Part shown: in pieces, positions 1 through 12,619 of the stretch
Position numbering within the stretch: position 1 is the stretch's first letter
How the letters are laid out: each line of letters begins with the position of its first letter
Source of the DNA: Ramazzottius varieornatus
Taxonomy: Eukaryota > Animalia > Tardigrada
Reading direction: 5' to 3'
Length of the DNA: 64,000 nt
NCBI GenBank assembly: GCA_001949185.1
Contig: BDGG01000015.1
Coordinates: 935,036-999,035 of the forward strand
Notes under the pieces: model-generated
The model's database searches: none
What the model saw: the letters and a program-made list of their open reading frames with translations, nothing else
What the model was told of the DNA's origin: nothing
Position numbers and translations under genes: made by a program

Positions 1-63
1 TCTTAAGGAGTTAGTCCGAACCTGTCAATATCACATTGTCCGCAACTACCAAAAACTACAAAG

Positions 64-1670
64 ATGGACCTACAAGGACCAACGAAGAAGATCCTGCGCG
101 AAACAGACGTGGCAACCTGGCAGGCGTCGCAAGTAACTTCATCCGAAAGGACGCTTGCGTTCTAATCTAAGACTCTCATACGACAGCATATTATGTTGTG
201 TCTATCTCTTTGCAGGCATACAGGGACTACTTAAAGTTCTTGCGAGATCTGAACCAAGCGGTTATGGGGAAGGAAAACCAAAGTAAGACAACCGATACTC
301 CAGTAAGTGCGTGTATTTAAGGCTACATTTACTTTGTGAACTTCATCGCTTGACGAGACGACTCGTTTGACCATGCACCCATATCTCTGCAGATCGTCCA
401 CAGTCTGATATCCATGTTGAACACTCTGGATAAGTGGATCGACGAGACCCCTCCAGTTCAGCAAGCGCAGCGGTTTGGCAATCAAGCGTTCCGGACGTTT
501 CATGGCCGACTAACGCAGGTACGACGCTGTTAACTTCCGGTCCTGTATTCGAGCGTATGGACTATGGACTATCGTAATTAAGCCGGTCATCGACGAAGGT
601 CTCGAACTCACTGTGTTGCAGGATGCCAGTAAGATTCTCCAAGAAGCGTTACCGGAAATAACGTCGTCGCCGTCTGTCGAAGAGCTGAAAGCGTATCTGC
701 TGGATAGCTTCGGAAACAGTACTCGTATCGACTATGGCACAGGTAACCGGAAGGTGACTGCTTCTGGAATAGTTATATGCTTAACAGACTTAGGAAGATT
801 CTAAATCACGATCACGGTATGTTGTGTTGTCTTCCAGGTCACGAGGCGAACTTTATCATCTTTCTTTGCTGTCTTTCAAAACTGGGATTGATCACGAAGG
901 AGGATTTTACGCCATTGGTGACGAAAGTCTTCAAACGGTACTCGTATATTCAGTGGCCGTACTACCGGTAAATGTCACGTCTTTCTAATAAGCCATTGCT
1001 TCAGGTATCTAGAACTGTGTCGGAAACTTCAGTTAACTTATAAAATGGAACCAGCCGGAAGTCACGGAGTATGGAGCTTGGATGACTTTCAGTTCGTTCC
1101 ATTCATATGGGGAAGTGCGCAGCTTGTCGGTGAGTGAGGTTCCCCAATGACGAACCCCCACAGACCGGAAGTGAAAGTTTCTGCAGAGACCAAAGTTTAC
1201 TTTCAGACCGTCCTTTACTGGATACTCGGTCGTATTTGGACGAGCAGACTGTGGAGCGGTTGAAAGACGATTTCCTTTTCATGGGTTGCATCGATTTTAT
1301 AAATAAGGTATGGTGAATTTTCTGCAGTCCCTTTCGTCGCATTATGCTATTAATATCAGTTTGATGAGCTCCATATTGTTTCTTTGTTTCTTTGCAGGTG
1401 AAAAGCGGCCCCTTTTCTGAGCATTCCAATCAACTTTGGAACATCAGCGCAGTGCCCAGTTGGTCCAAGATCAATCTGGGGCTATTCAAGAAATACGAAG
1501 CCGAGGTGCGTACTACTCTCCGTATCGTTAGATGTTTGTCTAAAACCACCAGCACATGAAAACCATCACTGGTGATAATGAAATCTCCTGTCTTGTAGGT
1601 CTTGCAAAAGTTCCCTGTCGTACAGCATATCTTATTTGGATCTCTTTTTTCTTTCGACCCCGTGAAATGA
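64..1670 (+). CDS. PTPA: Serine/threonine-protein phosphatase 2A activator (PTPA/PPP2R4), multi-exon
   Basis: Spliced translation from ATG 64 ([11 protein letters not shown]) contains the PTPA hallmarks [57 protein letters not shown] and [15 protein letters not shown]; TGA at 1668-1670; short GT-AG introns. Confidence 0.95.
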
Positions 1671-2105
1671 AACCTGTCCGGCGACGTTCGAGTAATATCT
1701 TTGATACTTGTGGATTTTATTGTTGTGTGGTCCAAGTCAACCAAAAAGAGAATAAACCAGCTGCGCTTTGCCTCGGAGTATGCTATGGCCAGCAGTAAGT
1801 ACCATAACATGGAAACGATCAAGAGCCAAAACAATAAAAGTACATAGAAGGAGTTGCTGTTATCTTGCCGCCGGCATTGCACTAAAAGACGCCTTATGTT
1901 ATGGCGTACTAGGTGTTTGCTGGAGGCCATTGCTTGTCCGGAATGGTTCGACAAGCAAAGAGCAAGACATGGCTCAACAAGTAGATCAGCTGTAATGGTG
2001 ATTTGGATAGAAAGCTAGCGGTCGTTGTGTTGTAATCCAGGAGCAATTTTCTGGAGGAATGGCCTAATTGTGGCTTGAATATGTCCGAAGAACCGCAAGC
2101 CGGCC

Positions 2106-3024
2106 CTACATATGGCGCGTGTTGCCAAAGTTGATGCCACTCTGGGTCGCTCCTTTATTCGAACCCATCTGAAGAAGAACACATAAGCGTACTTAATTAG
2201 CTCAGGAAGAAAGGCATGCCTAACTTATATGAAAGACGGACAAATACCTGTAGACCGATCATGCCTTCGCTAGCTCTCATTTGGTCCTCTGAGAAATCGC
2301 GGACATTCTTGTCAGATTCCTTGGGACCAATACTGGGCTTTCCGAATTTGCCAGCCTAAACAGTGGACTGAATTTTATCCAGTTCCGTACATATGAGTAG
2401 GTACGATCATCGTTAAGCCTGAAGGGTATTGATGCAGAGCAGGACCTTACCTTCCGGCCGAGAGATTCTAAGCAGATCACCACAGCGTTGAGATTCTGTC
2501 GCTCCCACAGATCCACACTCTAACAAAGAAGGCTAGCCGTAAAGCAACGTCATTCTGCAGGCAGTTGTCAACGGGGTACAGTGGACCTCTCAGAAGACCA
2601 CGGCTGACCTGAAAGAGTTCTGTCGTGGGAACGCCCATGCTGTTGGCTGCCCGGCAGAAGTTATTTATGTTCTCCATACATTTGAAAGCCTACAAAAGCC
2701 AGAAGCTATCAACCATCAGAACATCTCGGATGGAACCTGCAAGACGAGCTTTCGTCTACCATTTTGCTCATTTCGATTTTCTTGATGCTTCCGGGTTGCA
2801 GCTCGTTGGCAAGTCTACAAAGCAAGCACATCATTCTGCAGCCGGCTCGGGGAAGTTTTACCAAAGGTGCGCATTCTTGGTTACCTGCAGAGGACAACAC
2901 CATCTTTCAGGCTCTCGTAAAAGTCCTCGGCTTTGCCGCTGGTGTTAACGCTTTGGTCGTTCAGTACCAGGTTTATCCAGCTCGACACTTCGGAGGCTCG
3001 CGCTTCGTCGTATTTCCGTTGAAG
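2106..3024 (-). CDS. Calponin/transgelin family muscle protein (myophilin/Mp20-like); first exon not located
   Basis: CH domain ([61 protein letters not shown]) plus a C-terminal calponin repeat (IGLQMGSNKGATQSGINFGNTRHM*); acceptor at 3025, start codon upstream and unresolved. Confidence 0.88.
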
Positions 3025-3563
3025 CTACAATCATAAAAAAAACACAGCGTCATACGTCTGAATAACAATAACGAGGTATCTGCAGCCCATCAGAATGATG
3101 GTCGTGGGGTCAGTGCTCTGCGTCATGATTACGGGGTATGCTCTTCTCCATCATCTTCTAAGCAGTTAACTCTTCACCGTTCGGAACTTGGACACTGTCT
3201 CGAGTTACTCTTCAGACATCACAGACAACGATCTAGGAAATTTATGCTAGCTCACAGCATCTTTATCGAAAACCACAGCGAGATACGGAAGTGCAAGATG
3301 CCGTAAAGCGATGAGTGGTACGGCCTTGGGGCGTTCAATCATTAGCTAATTACAATGGACGTCCCGCGGTCGCCCAGCTCTTCCGAGCATGCAGCCTGCG
3401 ACGGTCGGACGTAAACTCCGTCTGTGATGGAAAATCTTAAAACAAATGGCTGTAATTTTTACCATCACCTTGACCAACAGATTAGTTTTGTCACGGAGCT
3501 ACAGCACCGTATCGGCGCACCTCAACAAACATCGGCAACCACAATCTGCCCATTCGGTCATGC

Positions 3564-3613
3564 ACTTGCATACCGGGACCCATAACTTCAGCATCACATG
3601 TTGGTATGTAGGT
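3564..3613. repeat. Family B spaced inverted repeat (N30)
   Basis: ACTTGCATAC-N30-GTATGTAGGT, upstream of or in a possible first intron of the calponin-like gene. Confidence 0.75.
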
Positions 3614-4329
3614 TTGCGATAAATCATCATATTCAACCACTGACTTTCTCCAACGCCCGCTTCGTCGTTTAACTCAGGGAGAACAAGAAAACAAATGCGA
3701 TTTTAGGTGACCCAAATCAGAAAAAATCATGAAAGATATTCAGGAGCTTTTCGAAATAGTCCAAAGCTTTGCGTGTTATTACGTCTGTCAGTCTAACACG
3801 GAAGTGTTCTTGTTGACCAACGGCTCTTCATGTGGACTTGACCAATGAGGCAAACAGATCACATTGTTATTTTTGGTAAATAGTAACATAATGCCATGCG
3901 CCGGCTATTGTGTGGAAAATTGCCTGCCCAAAGCAGCAGAATACTGCGTAACGCGCTGGCCTCCGCAAAAAAGAGCCGTCGGTATGGGGCACTGTAAATA
4001 TGCAAACAATGGTTGGTGTTTCATCGTGACCAGCGCCGCATTGTGGCACATCTCTCAAGTGCCAGCCAACTCGACGAAAGTAGGCATTGAACCAGCACCA
4101 AATTGCCGATTAAGACCTCGACCAACAACCCGCCGCCACAACTTTGATACCACCTTGGGTTCCTCATCACATACCACCCCTCCTAAGCTCGGCCATACTG
4201 AACCACTGGACACACTCCGATTACCGCTGTCGCGTATCCTTCTGCCACGCTAACACCTTTTACGGAGGCGTCGAGACCACCAACAACTAATCTTCTTCTC
4301 AAATGGAACGTTGGCAAATGATTTCACCA

Positions 4330-4400
4330 GATCGTCATCTCAGGCGGCGCACATTGCTATTTTTCTTGGCAGAGAGCGTGCGCCACTCAGAAAAACGATC
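4330..4400. repeat. Family A palindromic element with extended GATCG arms
   Basis: GATCGTCATCT-CAGGCGGCGCAC-N25-GTGCGCCACTCA-GAAAAACGATC. Confidence 0.8.
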
Positions 4401-6402
4401 CGGATAAATTCATGTTTCCACGTCCCAAATAACACCCCACTGATCAAGTTTGTGCATCCATAAGACCAGAAAGAAAAAAGGTTTACGAGTTGGTAAGTCT
4501 TCATGGCAGCAGCATACCTTCAGCTTGGTGTTGGGCGCTAACCGAGACGAAGACCCGTTCATTGTGAATAACGGCAGGAATAATATGACCGATAAAATAT
4601 CAATAAAGAATTCCGCAAAAGTGTTTACACCAATCGGAAAAGCACCTTTTGGATATTCTGCCAACTTCACAAATTTCTCAAAGGACGCACAACTTGCGTA
4701 TTGCGGCTTTGAGGGTCGATAGCAAGTCACACATGGTGCTCGTCATAGTATGGCAAGGGGGAAAACTGGGATAGGTTCTCTGATTCGATGGCGGCCTCGC
4801 AGACTCAACACTGTCCTTATCTCGATAAGCCACACTACCGCGTTGGTCAGTACGGACCAGTCACCTGGTAGAACTGAGACTACGTTACGGTATATTCACT
4901 TCATCGTATCTCTTTCCTCGCCATGTCGTAAAGACTTGACAAGTGGCGCTAGCTCTGCTCTCTTTCGGGTATCCTCGTCAATTGTAACTTCGTACGCAGT
5001 TCAAGTTTTGAACTAGCTCAACGGTAGAGAGCCTAGCTAGCTCGATTCGACACAGTAGAGTTGGCGCTAGGTCTTATCAATTCGATTGATGGGGTGTAAA
5101 TTTCAAGCCCAAACTTTAAACTGGCTGAGCTCTTCTCAGCCATTAAACCTCGCTAACATATATTATGCTTCATTGTATGGCGTACCTTATTGTGGGTCTC
5201 GGCAGCCAATCCACTCTTCGATGCTCGCCCAAACGTGGCCGATGCCATTGTATGCAAAGAAAGTTCCTCCGAAGCGTTCCACGAACCAACAACGGAAAAC
5301 AATCTGCACCAACCCAGCGAAATTTTTTGATGATAATTCCCAACGATAAATCAGGAAAGAGTAACAACAAAAGAAAAGGTTCGCACTTACGGTTAGGAAT
5401 TTACTTCCGGCTAGTCTGATGCTAGTCGGTGTGCGGTTCCGGGGGAAAGGTACACAAGATAGTGTTGGGCAGGTTTGTTTGTGATAACCTTCAAGTTCAC
5501 GCTGATCTTCGGTCGAGTCAACACGAAGGTAAGGTTCGATCAAGCTAGAGCGAACCAGAAATTGTCGAGCGTCTAGCAGTGCGATATACGATACTGGCAG
5601 TAATATGGCGCAGTTCACTGTATAACAATGCGCCGTCAAAACGGTATAGAAGAGCGTCTCCGCGGTTATTCGCTCAACCGTAAGTGAAATACTTGAGCAC
5701 TAGGCAGTTGGAAAACCTGTCTTCTTCAAGACCTTCAAGACTTTCAAGACTTTGATCGCCTAGTAATCAAAGCAATACATCCGGATGACTCAGGCTATGC
5801 GCTCGACACCTTCTCATCTTTCTGAAGCATTATTGCTTCCATGCGTCATGAAGTACTCAAAGACCCAAAGGACCTCTGTTCGATAAGCTATAGCGCAGTG
5901 ATGAGCCACCGAGTAATGGAACATCTGCAGCCTCGCTCGCAGTGATTTCTAACAGACGGTGCCAATGATCAACTGCATAACTTCCCTTTATGCCCCATCA
6001 CGTAATATTGATACCCTGACGTGGAATCTGCAAAGATAACAAATTCCAATGTCCAGCCTCATTTCCAGATAGTCACCGACAACCCACACGCCTAAACTTT
6101 ACATTAAAGAAATTAATTACAAGGGAGAATTTCTTACATGTACTTTACTTTACCCTTGCCCCCTTGGCTTCTTCGCACAGAATCTAAATTGAGCGTTCCT
6201 GTTTTTGGTAAAATAATCTAAGATCGTTCTGCTGCTGCTGCTGCAAAACTGCAAGAGTAGAAATTACAACAACAACAAACATGAATGAAATACTGTAAAA
6301 ATAAAAAGAAATTCAAAACAGATTCATTACCCACAGAAGAGCCAGAAGAACACCTCTGGCAAAGGTAGGGAAGGTGAAGCAGGCTTCTTTTTGGGTGGAA
6401 AA

Positions 6403-7970
6403 TCACCGAAAATCGATGGTCGAGGTAGGGAAAACGGAAGAAGTCTTCTTGGGTACGTCATCGCGACTTCTAGGACGGATCTTCTCGAAGAAGAACTGCT
6501 GGCCACGGTCCACAAGTCGATCGTCCTTCTCAACCAGCGTCCTTCTCTTCACTGACTGAAAGTTATCGTAGGCGAACCGATAGAAGTCGGCTTCGGCCTT
6601 GTAGATGGGCGAGGCCATCAGAGTCTCTTTGGTGGCAGGCGAAGGTTCCGTCTTGTTGAAGGTCTTCCTCAAATGAGACTTTTCACCATTGCGGTACAAG
6701 TCCAAGGCTCCATGGAACATAGAAGGTAACGTGGTCTCTAGCATCACCACGAAGTCCTCCAGTTCTTCCGTGACACCCACCAGGAAGTACTTGTCTATCA
6801 AGTGACGCTTCGCTTGTTCTAATGCCCAACTGTTCCCTGGTGGATTCCAGCATGCACTTGCATGTCCGCAGAAGAATGGAACTTGTAGCCACATGTTCAT
6901 TGGGTCACAGTCCTTTCCGTCTAAGTACAGAATGCAGCGGATTAATCTGGACGGTGCAGGATCGTCTTTTACCTGTCTACAAACACCTGCATACACTGAT
7001 CATCGTACATACAGCAACTCGCAGGTATGCAGATGGATGATTTTTGCACGTTGTACGAGTGTCAAGTACTTGCATACAGACGAACCATCCCATAAACGTA
7101 GTCCAATGTATGCAAGTGTGTGATTCTACCCTTTTTGGGATTAATGAATTTGAAACCCATAAATCTTCACGGATTCAATTCTTACGCTCAGAAACGCAGT
7201 CGTCAATCGATTTCTTATCTCCCTGTTTTCTGCGCGTCAAATGTGGCCGAAAATTGTCGCCGTATCGGACGAAGTAATAGTAGCTCACAAGACGATCGAT
7301 GGGGTCACGGACGACGTTTATCCACAATGGCATCTTGGTCACTCCGAAAGCGGCAAAGTCGAAATAGGCTAGATGCCCGTGGAACAAGCCTGGGTGCTTC
7401 TCGTACCATCCACTGACGTTGTGAGCAAAACGGTATTGGTCCGACAAGGACATGACATGCGAGTTCCTGCTTGTGTTGAGGTGCAAGACGTTGAATCTGT
7501 TCTTTCCGCAAAGATCATAAGCAAGACCTGTCAGCGTTGTGCTTCCCGTCTTTGGTACACGGTTATATATAAGGACACTGTCCGAAGCAGTTAGGGCATG
7601 ACTACCTGCAAAACAGTGAGAAATGTGAACGGAACGATAATAACAATGGAATAATCATCGCCTCAAAACACAAGCGCATTAGGTACGATAGCCACTGCTA
7701 TCACGCGTTGTCTAACATGAGATGGGAGTACGTCATGCGCTGGTTTCCGCAATATGTAATCATTTGGAAATTGGTTGCTACTGTTTGCTTCAATGCGTAC
7801 TCACCATCAGTTTCTTCCGAGCCCGACAAACGACGACTCCTGGCGACGGTAGGCAGAGTGAAAGACCACGGTCCGACCTGCAGACCTGTCAAGAAGGAGC
7901 AAAGGATAACGAAGAGAAGCGCTCCAAACCCACACAGCGAAAACATCACGACTTTCAAGGACAGCATCAT
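6403..7970 (-). CDS. HS2ST1: Heparan sulfate 2-O-sulfotransferase, 3 exons
   Basis: N-terminal TM anchor; YNRVPKTGST (5'-PSB), INVVRDPIDRLVSYYYFVRYGD (3'-PB), WLQVPFFCGH, YFLVGVTEELEDF, SHLRKT. Confidence 0.95.
6985..7117. repeat. Family B tandem pair in HS2ST1 intron
   Basis: 6985-7034 ACCTGCATAC-N30-GTATGCAGAT and 7068-7117 ACTTGCATAC-N30-GTATGCAAGT; period 83. Confidence 0.85.
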
Positions 7971-9058
7971 TCCAGTTGCCCCTCGGCAGATCCCGCTGTC
8001 CGGGCAGAATCCGTTAACTTTATAGTTGAAGTTCAGAGCTCAGCGAGGCTTAGCTGAGAGCGCTCTCAGGTGGAATAAGGCAGCCATTGGGATTCAAGGT
8101 ATGAGTATTCGTACCACTTGTCCATATTTTCCTCCGCGCGCGGCAATTTTGCAGCGAGTTGGCCAGACATCTGAGACTCTACATCCATGATATCTTCCAG
8201 CGTCTTCTTCATCCGATCATCTCGTTTCTTTCCCACATCAAATCTGCCCAGAGTAGGGCACCAGGAGAACCCAGAAGCTGGAGAAGTGGAAACGACTCAA
8301 ACGGGATTACGACTTACGTGAATAGTGAATACCAATTATCAAAACAAATTCATCAGTCGTCACGGTTGTCGGTTATGTTAGTATGATCATGTACGTGAGT
8401 GACGTCAGCAATTTAGACACCACTAATACGTCATACCGACCCGGAAGTCGATGCTTTGTTTACAAAGTTATAGTGACTTTAATTTTGATTTCTACAGAAC
8501 AGTCCGGATCCGCTTTTGCTTCGTTGTTCTCGTTTGATCCACGGACATCCGTCATTTATCTATGAGTGAACCGAGTTGGCCTCGTATCACTACTATGTAA
8601 AATGAGTGAAAAGCGGCATTTTATTGTGCGCTGCTCACATCTCCAAGCATTTGGAAGCTTCCTCCGCGGCAGTTAGGATGGCTAGGTGTGCTGAACGGCT
8701 ACCCGTTGGACGATGTCGAGGAGCTGAGGACCATGAACAACTAAGAATAGCACACGATTCGTCAGCGATCAGGCAGTACTTGGAAGAGGAGGAAGTCCGC
8801 CAAATAGTCATTCAGTTCAGAGTTTCAGATGGCTTTTCGCCGGTTCCACCAGCTCGTCCATCAGCACTATCTATTCGTTTAACACAGCGAAAGCTTTCCT
8901 GGCTCCGTCACGTAATTCCAGGCAGTATTTCTACAGAGAGTTTCCGAAAGATATGTTTTGCTTGGTACAAATTTACTGTGGAAGAGAACTGCGATATTTA
9001 CTTTTAACAATAAACTCCAAGCTTTCCAGGGCAGTGACAAGCACACGTTCATAGCTTC

Positions 9059-9466
9059 TCAAAAGTCGCCTGCTGTCAGTGTCGTTGTTTCCTCTTCACT
9101 CTCTGATCCACCGAGCTCTTCGCCGTCATCTAGGAAGAAATCAACATCGTTGTTTTAGTTCGATTGGAAGTTCATTCCGCGTAAACTTACCGTCTTCCAT
9201 TTCCTCATCATCCTCGTCTTCCTCCACCATCTCGGTCGGACGACCAGTCTTCGGTGTTTCCTTCGTAGTAGAAATGATTACTCCATGTTCTGGCATCTAA
9301 AGGACAAACACATTGTTACTCCATGACAGCTCAAAAAGGATCACGGGTCATGGAAACTTACCACAGGTTGCATGAGACCCAGCTGTGCAGCGCGATCAGC
9401 TACGGACTGCCGGCTTTCGTCGATTATACCGGTAGCTTCGGATTTTGATCGACGTAAATTGACCAT
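9059..9466 (-). CDS. Small acidic orphan protein, 93 aa, 3 exons (9466-9362, 9296-9191, 9129-9059)
   Basis: Two GTAAGT...TAG introns with matching phases (0 and 1) give an open frame MVNLRRSKSEATGIIDESRQ...EMVEEDEDDEEMEDDDGEELGGSESEEETTTLTAGDF*; no family recognised. Confidence 0.65.
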
Positions 9467-9561
9467 AATGTCCAAGTTCAGGTTTTTGGTTCTAAAATGA
9501 GAAATATGTGCGCAATTCAGCAAGAAATGGGAGACCGGCAAACGACACCTATTAGGTATCT

Positions 9562-9610
9562 CAAGTGGCGCACGCTTCCAGTCAAAAGCACAAGAAACTT
9601 GCGCCACTTG
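9562..9610. repeat. Family A element upstream of the small acidic gene
   Basis: CAAGTGGCGCAC-N25-TTGCGCCACTTG. Confidence 0.85.
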
Positions 9611-9859
9611 ACTCAATGATCTTGTACGTGCCGTTTACCGGCCTGACGGGCAGTGACGGCCTCCCAGATGCAGTCAAAAACAACGGAAATCACCGGGAAC
9701 TTATGTAGTCTTCTGACAGTTGCCGAAGCCTCAGAGCTGCATCTTTACTCCGCAACGCTGCTATCTCGACACATCTTTGGATCTGGAACAAGGAAGTAGC
9801 AAAAATCCCATGAATTTCATAGGAGGGTTAGGCAGCTTACCGTTTCCATTGGCAAGGCA

Positions 9860-12362
9860 GCAACGCCTCGTTTATAAGTGCCGCATATCTCCGAGTTTTG
9901 GTTGACCACGACAGTCAAATTGCCATTCAAGACGATTTCCTCCTTCCCACTTGGGTCCACAATGACTAAATCACTAAAAAGTATGAACTGGAAATGGGTC
10001 CAAACAACAGCGGAAAAAACGAAAGATGGGAAAAATTTCAATGTGAATCCGCACTGACAACTTTGGCGAACCTGGCAGCTTGAAAGCTGAAGGTGGTCGA
10101 GATGGGAATGTGGTTCACTTGCAATGCAATGGGCGTCCTTTCATACATACTCAACTACAACTCAATACAACAAAATGGCATTTTAATATTCATTTTTAGT
10201 TCTAGTTTTCAAGCCACTGAAAGAATAGTAGAACCCCGCCGGAAACATACAGCAACAATTTTATCTCCTTCGACGGAAATTTCAGGGCGTCTATCAAGAA
10301 AAAATCGATACTCGTTTGCGAACAGTCAAAAAAGAATATGCTAGACGCGTTAAGGAACTTACTGAGCAACCAGGAGGGAAGCTACGGCAGCCAGGCATGT
10401 AGCATCGAAGAGGTTTCCGTCAGCTTGTATTATATCCAGAGAAAGATGCACTTGGAAGACCTGAAATGGAGACACCAGTGTAAATCCTCTTGCACTACCA
10501 AAGATTTCCTTATCGAACTTACCACTCTTCCTCGTGAGATGCAGAGGCTTTCATCGTCGATGCATTTGGACCAGAATATGGCAGATTTGATATGTTGTCT
10601 TAACTGGCGTCGAAGAGTCCGTAATCTGGGAAGAGGGAAAAATGGTCAATTAAGGCTCATTAAGCACTAATGACCGAAGTGATACTTTACTAAGCGCTTA
10701 CCGGTTTCTGCTCGGCTGGAACTTGAGAAAGCTTATGGGGTTTATGCTCAAATCAATCTTAGAAGTACCCTTGTTCTGGTTTGGATTGTTTGTCCTCTTT
10801 GGCGAGACCTCAACGGAACTGATTACACTGCAGAAGCACCAATCATATATGGCGCTTAATTATAATAAACAATTAGGGTATTCTGTGAAACGTACGTCGT
10901 GTTTCCCAGGTTGACGACGCAGCTTCCAGGATCCCTTCCGTAGACCATTTGCCAGTCCCGATAGTCGAAAGCAGTTCTTTTGTCTTCCCTCTGGGAAAAT
11001 CCAAACAAGATCGTTTGCGCAAGTTATCATGGTACCGAACTTCCGGCGAACGAGTTACTGTATCCAGCTCGTTTACGCACCTGTCCGAATTTAAGGAAGC
11101 GAAGATAAGTATCTCGTTCAGCAATGCTAACATAGGACCCATCCATTACTGCGTCCCTGTATGAAGCTTGATTCTGGAAGTTTCGGCCGTACGAAGTTTC
11201 AAACGCGGGGAAAGAGTGATCACTCTGGTGGGGAGAAAAGAAAAGTGGAAACAGTCGGAAACTGGCGAAACACGAAAGCAGCCGCCAGTCCGCCACCAGT
11301 GCTCAGCAGGTAAACTCCTCCCGACCTTCCGAATGGCTTGCCAAAAGACGAAGTAACGTTGTGGATCATCCAGACAAATCGGGGGGAGATTGAATGACTT
11401 GATTATTTTAATAAATCCTTGACTCAGTTGATTGCGGTTTATTCTTGATTAAACGGCAGGTTTTTTGGCAGGCCAGGCTTTTAGCGCTCTGGTGTACCCA
11501 GATCGGTCGGGAAGAGTTTACCTGCTACGCACTGGCCGCCACAGACCCACAGTCCAAAGTCCAAACTCCTAAGAGCGATGGTTGAGCCCAGTCAGCAATC
11601 AAAATTGTCAAACTTCCGGTGACGCAATGGTTGTTGATTTCTGTGGAACGAATATGAAGACGAATGGGTGCGGAAGTATTGTGGCTCCCCTCTTCGTAAC
11701 AAGTTCAGACGAAGATCCTGTTACTAATGTGCACCTAACAACCTACGACCTCCGCGACAACATCCTGTTGCTTCCGACCAAGATGGAAGAAGCGATGAAG
11801 AAAAAGTGCGAGAAGCTGTGGAAGCGAAGTATCCTGACTTCACGGGAGTGGACATGCCAATAGAGGCAACGGCAGCCATCGATATATTCGTTAGGCGAAT
11901 CCTAATCGACACGCTGATTAATTTCCAGGTCTGCTTAGAAGAAGCTATGAGAAACCATGTGAAGCCTTTACAGGCCGAGAATCAGAAGCTGAAAGGCGAA
12001 ATCAAGATCCTACGGGATAGCCGCGAAGAGATTGTCCACATTGGAGAACACCCCCCAACGGCTGCTCGTCCCGCCAAATGATACCCCATCTACCAAGCCT
12101 ATTCGGAGCGGAGAATCTTCCTGCGATCTTGGTGTGTCTTCCAACGATTATTCTCTTTGGTGCTCAACTGATTCTTTTTTTTCCTGATACAGTGTTGGTA
12201 ATTCCTCTGAACATCGAGGAGGCCGTTGACTGCATTGTCGAGGCTAATAAATTTCGTTCCTTCTTGGCTAACCACTCAGTGACGTCAAGTACATCGGCTG
12301 ACACGTACGTTGCTGACGTGCTGAACGTTGGCACATCCAACGCGCTGCACGGACCAAAATAA
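9860..12362 (+). pseudogene. Possible decayed gene or transposon protein remnant
   Basis: Protein-like + strand segments broken by stops or frameshifts (e.g. YQEKIDTRLRTVKKEYARRVKE; EEAMKKK shifting to VREAVEAKYPDF...LQAENQKLKGEIKILR) and interrupted by a hAT MITE; no secure homology. Confidence 0.3.
11297..11534. mobile_element. hAT-type MITE, 238 bp
   Basis: 30-bp TIRs CAGTGCTCAGCAGGTAAACTCCTCCCGACC (27/30); 8-bp TSD TCCGCCAC/GCCGCCAC. Confidence 0.85.
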
Positions 12363-12619
12363 AATCCAAAATGTCAGTTTCTTCAGGTTCTGGCTTCTTA
12401 GGAATTCTTCTCTCGTCAAAGTCTACGCTTGACATCTCTAAGTATCCGCGTGCCGATCTCTCTCTCAACGATCCATGCGCCAGAAAATTTGTTGTAGTGA
12501 ATATCGCGAGCGTCTCCGACTCTCCGCTCTGCAGATCGAAATGATGAACTGATCATCTTACGTGGAACGTCTTTTAGTCCTGTTCCCGTTCCGTATCCGT
12601 AATCCAGTCATGTTGAGCC

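Noticed and set aside
3864-5639. Several 60-150 aa ORFs between the calponin-like gene and HS2ST1
   Set aside because: No recognisable motifs or consistent splice structure; may be a first intron or decayed sequence
5724-5754. Short tandem repeats (TTCAAGACY x3; also GCT/CAA runs near 6230-6280 and a 12-bp duplication near 18662)
   Set aside because: Ordinary slippage repeats
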